Source of the DNA: Eledone cirrhosa
Taxonomy: Eukaryota
NCBI GenBank assembly: GCA_964016885.1
Contig: OZ024753.1
Coordinates: 39,184,001 to 39,248,000 of the forward strand
Length of the DNA stretch: 64,000 nt
Direction of reading: 5' to 3'
In this document: positions 59,946-64,000 of the stretch, piece after piece
Layout of the letters: the number at the start of each line of letters is the position of its first letter
Position numbering within the stretch: the first letter of the stretch is position 1
Made by a program: the position numbers and the translations under genes
Notes under the pieces: model-generated
What the model was told of the DNA's origin: nothing
Seen by the model: only the letters and a program-made list of their open reading frames with translations
The model's database searches: none

Positions 59946-60211
59946 ATTAATGTACGAGTGGCCGATTATCTTATAGACACGTGTATAATTAAGATAATTC
60001 TCAGGGAGATTCAAGATAAGATAATGTGTGAAAAGTCTGGCCCTTTAAGATAGAGTTACAATCCACTCGACGGACATCCAAAAGGTTACCGTGTATGGAA
60101 TTTCACTCACAAGTAATAGGTCAACCTTTGACTCTGTTCAATCACCCTTGTCCAAGATGTCAGGAAATAACGGGATCGCACCCTCGACATTAAACCTAGG
60201 AAGTGAACTAA

Positions 60212-60248
<37 letters not shown>

Positions 60249-60252
<4 letters not shown>

Positions 60253-60705
60253 AAGGAAAAGTGAAGTAGTTTCAGATGTTAAAGTACTTTAATAATAATG
60301 CTGTGATACATATTTCAATGGCGACAGTTTCCACACTGTTCCGTGCGCCACTGCCGCGCCATTGAAATATGTATCACAGCATTATTATTAAAAGGACTTG
60401 ATATGCGGTGGATTGGCAGTATCGGTAGAGGGTCGGACGCCATGCTTTCCAGCATAGTTACGTCCCTTTACGATCTGAGTTCAAATCCCGCCGAGGTTAA
60501 CTTTGCCTTTCATCCTTACAGGGTCGATGAAGTAAAGTACCAGTGGTGCACTGGGTAATTGCTGGCCTTGTGCCTAAAGTAGAAACAATTTGACTTGAAC
60601 ATCTGAAACTACTTCGGTTTTCCTTATTCGATATTTACTCCGTCACTTCTATGTGGAATAAGGACGTTGAGTGCTTGAATTGAATTGCATCAATATTTAC
60701 GTTAA

Positions 60706-60706
<1 letters not shown>
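60249..60706 (+). mobile_element. Family F fold-back element in (TA)n, interrupted by a SINE
   Basis: Left arm 60249-60323 pairs with 60357-60401 plus 60599-60629; possible hammerhead 3' half CGCCATT-GAAA-TATG-TA-TCACAGC. Confidence 0.7.
60402..60591 (+). mobile_element. tRNA-derived SINE (main family) with 7-bp TSD
   Basis: TSD GACTTGA at 60395-60401 and 60592-60598. Confidence 0.92.
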
Positions 60707-60736
<30 letters not shown>

Positions 60737-60740
<4 letters not shown>

Positions 60741-61087
60741 ATTAAATAAATGGAAAACTATATTTATAAAACCATATCTATTTCATTATATATATTTCGG
60801 GGATTTACGCTAGCGTAAACCTCTTCAAATGAAGTTGATGTTTATTACGGTATGTCGAATATATTTATCTATAAAACTGTTTATATTGTATTTTGTCTGA
60901 TGAAGGCATAGCATATTGTTAATATGATATCCCCGAAATATATATAATGAAATAGATATGGTTTTATAAATATAGTTTTCCATTTATTTAATATTGTAAA
61001 TATACTCCAAATATTTGTCGAGTGCTTTTATATCAGTTATAAATATTTACTAGTTGTAACCCAACAATTTTAAATATAACTTTACAT
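60737..61087 (+). mobile_element. Family E element with inverted 5' extension; hammerhead at 60889-60954
   Basis: 60737-60804 is the reverse complement of ~60929-60997; hairpin TTTACGCTAGCGTAAA at the junction; body matches 35315-35593. Confidence 0.85.
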
Positions 61088-61104
61088 ATATATATATATA
61101 TATA

Positions 61105-61302
61105 TATTTTATAGAAGGAGCTTCTACATGACTAGTACTGTTTCATTCAGATGAAATCTTCAGGAAGCTTCCTGAAGATTTCATCTGAATGAAACAGTAC
61201 TAGTCCTGTAGAAGCTCCTTCTATAAAATAAAAAATGTTTACTCTGCCATGTATTGTGTACCTTACTTACTGTGGTTATCCCCGACTCAACCCGGGACCT
61301 AC

Positions 61303-61305
<3 letters not shown>
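61105..61305 (+). mobile_element. Family B fold-back element
   Basis: 126-bp palindrome 61105-61230 (1 mismatch) centred on AAGCTT, then the family B tail ...CCTTACTTACTGTGGTTATCCCCGACTCAACCCGG. Confidence 0.88.
61166..61216 (+). ncRNA. Type I hammerhead ribozyme (family B)
   Basis: AGCTTC-CTGAAGA-T-TTCA(TC)TGAA-T-GAAA-CAG(TACTAGTC)CTG-TA-GAAGCT: perfect 6-bp stem I, 4-bp stem III, GUA cleavage triplet, palindromic ACTAGT in loop III. Confidence 0.85.
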
Positions 61306-61345
<40 letters not shown>

Positions 61346-61718
61346 CATATATATATATATATACATACATATGTGTGTGTTTGTTTGTGATTCTCATTTG
61401 CACATGCTAAGATATTTGTAGAGAAACTAGAACGTAATTGTGCTTAAACAAACAGTAAGTTATAATAGAGCAGTAGTCTCCCTGATTATACACAAATGTG
61501 TATAAACATTCGTACATATATGCAATCATACATACATATATACATGCATACATATATATATAGATAAATACACTCATACGCATACATATATATATATATA
61601 TATATAGAAAACGATGCATACGTTCGTACAAATAGGAAGGCTTTGTATTCTCATGTCTTTTATCGAATCATGCAATTATATCTACATGGATAGACTCATA
61701 CTTACTTATATATACATC

Positions 61719-61788
<70 letters not shown>

Positions 61789-61834
61789 CATACATACATA
61801 CATACTGACATACATACATACATACATACATACA

Positions 61835-61867
<33 letters not shown>

Positions 61868-61903
61868 GTATGTATGTGTATATATTTTTATTTACATATA
61901 TAA

Positions 61904-61970
<67 letters not shown>

Positions 61971-62627
61971 GGCACATATGCAGGAGGTGTGAGAGTAACA
62001 GAGACGGTAAAATGGCGACACGTAGGAAATCATTGCGGTGTATGAGAATAAACAGAATAGGGAAAAATTGAAAAAGACGATACATAAGCGGAGAAAAATG
62101 CAGAAAGATCCAATAAGATGGCGATAAATATAGAAAGAAATCTGGAAGAGAATAATTCATCATTTTAGTTCATAATACTTCTTCCATTATATTTCATATA
62201 ATCATGCTTATCCTTGGTCTCTAATCTAATTCGTTTTCACATTTGTTTTTGTTTTGCTATATGGTTTTGTTTGATTTTGTGGTTGCTTTTTTGGTTTGTC
62301 AGTCATTCATTCACTTTTCCCCTTCTGTCATATACCCCCCCCCCCCCTCCCTACGAAAAATAGGAAAATACAGTAGTAATAAAATAGAGTTAGACTTACT
62401 GACGATGAAACACAATGGAGAAGGACAATATAATGCATGAAAAAATACAACAAAAAATATATGAGAGCAGAATATCTAAGATTTACTGAGCAAGCTCATT
62501 TTATGCGCAGAAGCAAAAAAGGTCAAATTTCTTGGCCCAAACATTGATCTTCAAAGTTGACATGCAAATCATTGCTTTAAGAGTGTGATGTTTCTGAGTG
62601 TTCTACCAAGAGGACGTTTTTTTTTTG

Positions 62628-62898
62628 TCCAACCACAACCGCTATCACAACCACATCCACAAGCACAACCACAAGTACAACCATAAACACAACCATAAGC
62701 ACAACCACAACCACAAACACAACCACAACCACAACCACAACCACAACAACAACAACAACCACAACCACAAACACAACCACAACCACAACCATAGCAACTA
62801 CCACAACCACAAACACAACCACAACCACAAACACAACCACAACCACAAACACAACCACAAACACAACAACAACCACTACCACAAACACAACCACAAAC
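62628..62898. repeat. (CACAAC/CACAAA)n hexamer repeat
   Basis: Direct reading. Confidence 0.92.
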
Positions 62899-63382
62899 AC
62901 AGCTACTTTCCCATGTAGTCAATATTCCCGTTTAAATACTGTTGGCTATATAGTTATATACTATTCCCATCTCTAAGCTGAATTGTCCAAAAAAAAAAGC
63001 AATTATCAAAAATACAAGCAATAGCAAAGCTTCTATCAGAACCCATCACCCATCTGATATTTTTCTACTAATGGTCTCCTTATACTTTTCCAGGTCCTAG
63101 TTTCCTTATTTTCAATTCTTTCTTTTTCTTTCTTATTTGTTGCTCTATGATCCGTAGAATTCACATATTTTATAAAAGATAATCTCAGATCGTTATTTTG
63201 TTACAAGCCAAATAAAATCCCTTGGATGCTAAGCTATTTCATATCAGAGAATCTTAATTCTTACTGCTCTCTAGAGATGGTGCTCGTGACTAACCATAAG
63301 ACTTTGGTCCAATACGTACAGACCAAATTGATTTTCGCCACGATTTTACACCCTCACTTCACAGTTTTTACGAAAACACATA

Positions 63383-63417
<35 letters not shown>

Positions 63418-63876
63418 GTATATATATTTCTTTTTTGCCGTCATCATCCTTATTTCTATTTATTTATGTGATTTTTTTTCTATTTTTATTCATTTTATTA
63501 TTGTTATTATTTATATATTTTACTGTATGAACAAGACGTGCTTCAAATAAGGAATGACGACAATAACAAGATCTCCAAGAAAGACCTAATATGTTGCTTG
63601 GGGAAATTGTTCAGCTTTTCAATAGCTTTCTGTCTGCACTAATAATTTAAGGATCTCTCTCTCCCTCTCTCTCTCCGTCTCTCACCTACCTCTCTCTCTC
63701 TATTTCTCTCTGACTGTCTCTCTGGCTCTCTGTCTCTCACCTACCTCTCTTTCTCTCTGGCTGTCTCTATGGCTCTCTCTCTCTCTCTTTTTTTCTGGCT
63801 CTCTCTCTCTCTATCTTTCTCTCTCCCTCTCTATCTATCTTATATATATATATATATAAATGTATGCACATGCATG

Positions 63877-63931
<55 letters not shown>

Positions 63932-64000
63932 TTGCGTGTGTTTACACCCACCCACATCTCATATATAAACATACGTGTATATATATATATATATATATAT

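Noticed and set aside
60300-60380. Hairpin containing TATCACAGC (miR-2-like seed)
   Set aside because: The match is limited to the seed region, and the hairpin belongs to the family F fold-back element.
62005-62125. Two YY1-like motifs (AAAATGGCG, AAGATGGCG)
   Set aside because: Motif matches without other support.

Overview
AT-rich eukaryotic non-coding DNA dominated by microsatellites ((TA)n, (CA)n, (GA)n, (ATT)n, (ACA)n). The tRNA-derived SINE here resembles those I recall from octopus, so a cephalopod origin is inferred, not shown. No host exon could be identified, and nearly all ORFs in the track are microsatellite artefacts. The only real coding content is a near full-length R4/Dong-type non-LTR retrotransposon (RT, CCHC, restriction-like endonuclease; minus strand, ORF 48711-45117) ending in a (TAA)n tract and frameshifted by a 202-bp tandem duplication, plus a 52-codon RTE-like C-terminal remnant. 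About ten copies of a young SINE are present, several with target-site duplications. The most interesting signal is the set of short (100-400 bp) inserts in (TA)n tracts. They fall into at least six unrelated families (called A-F here) that carry complete, half or degenerate type I hammerhead ribozyme motifs and fold-back inverted ends with junctions at or near the ribozyme. This fits non-autonomous or truncated Penelope-like retroelement derivatives. All structures were read by eye; none was folded computationally or tested.
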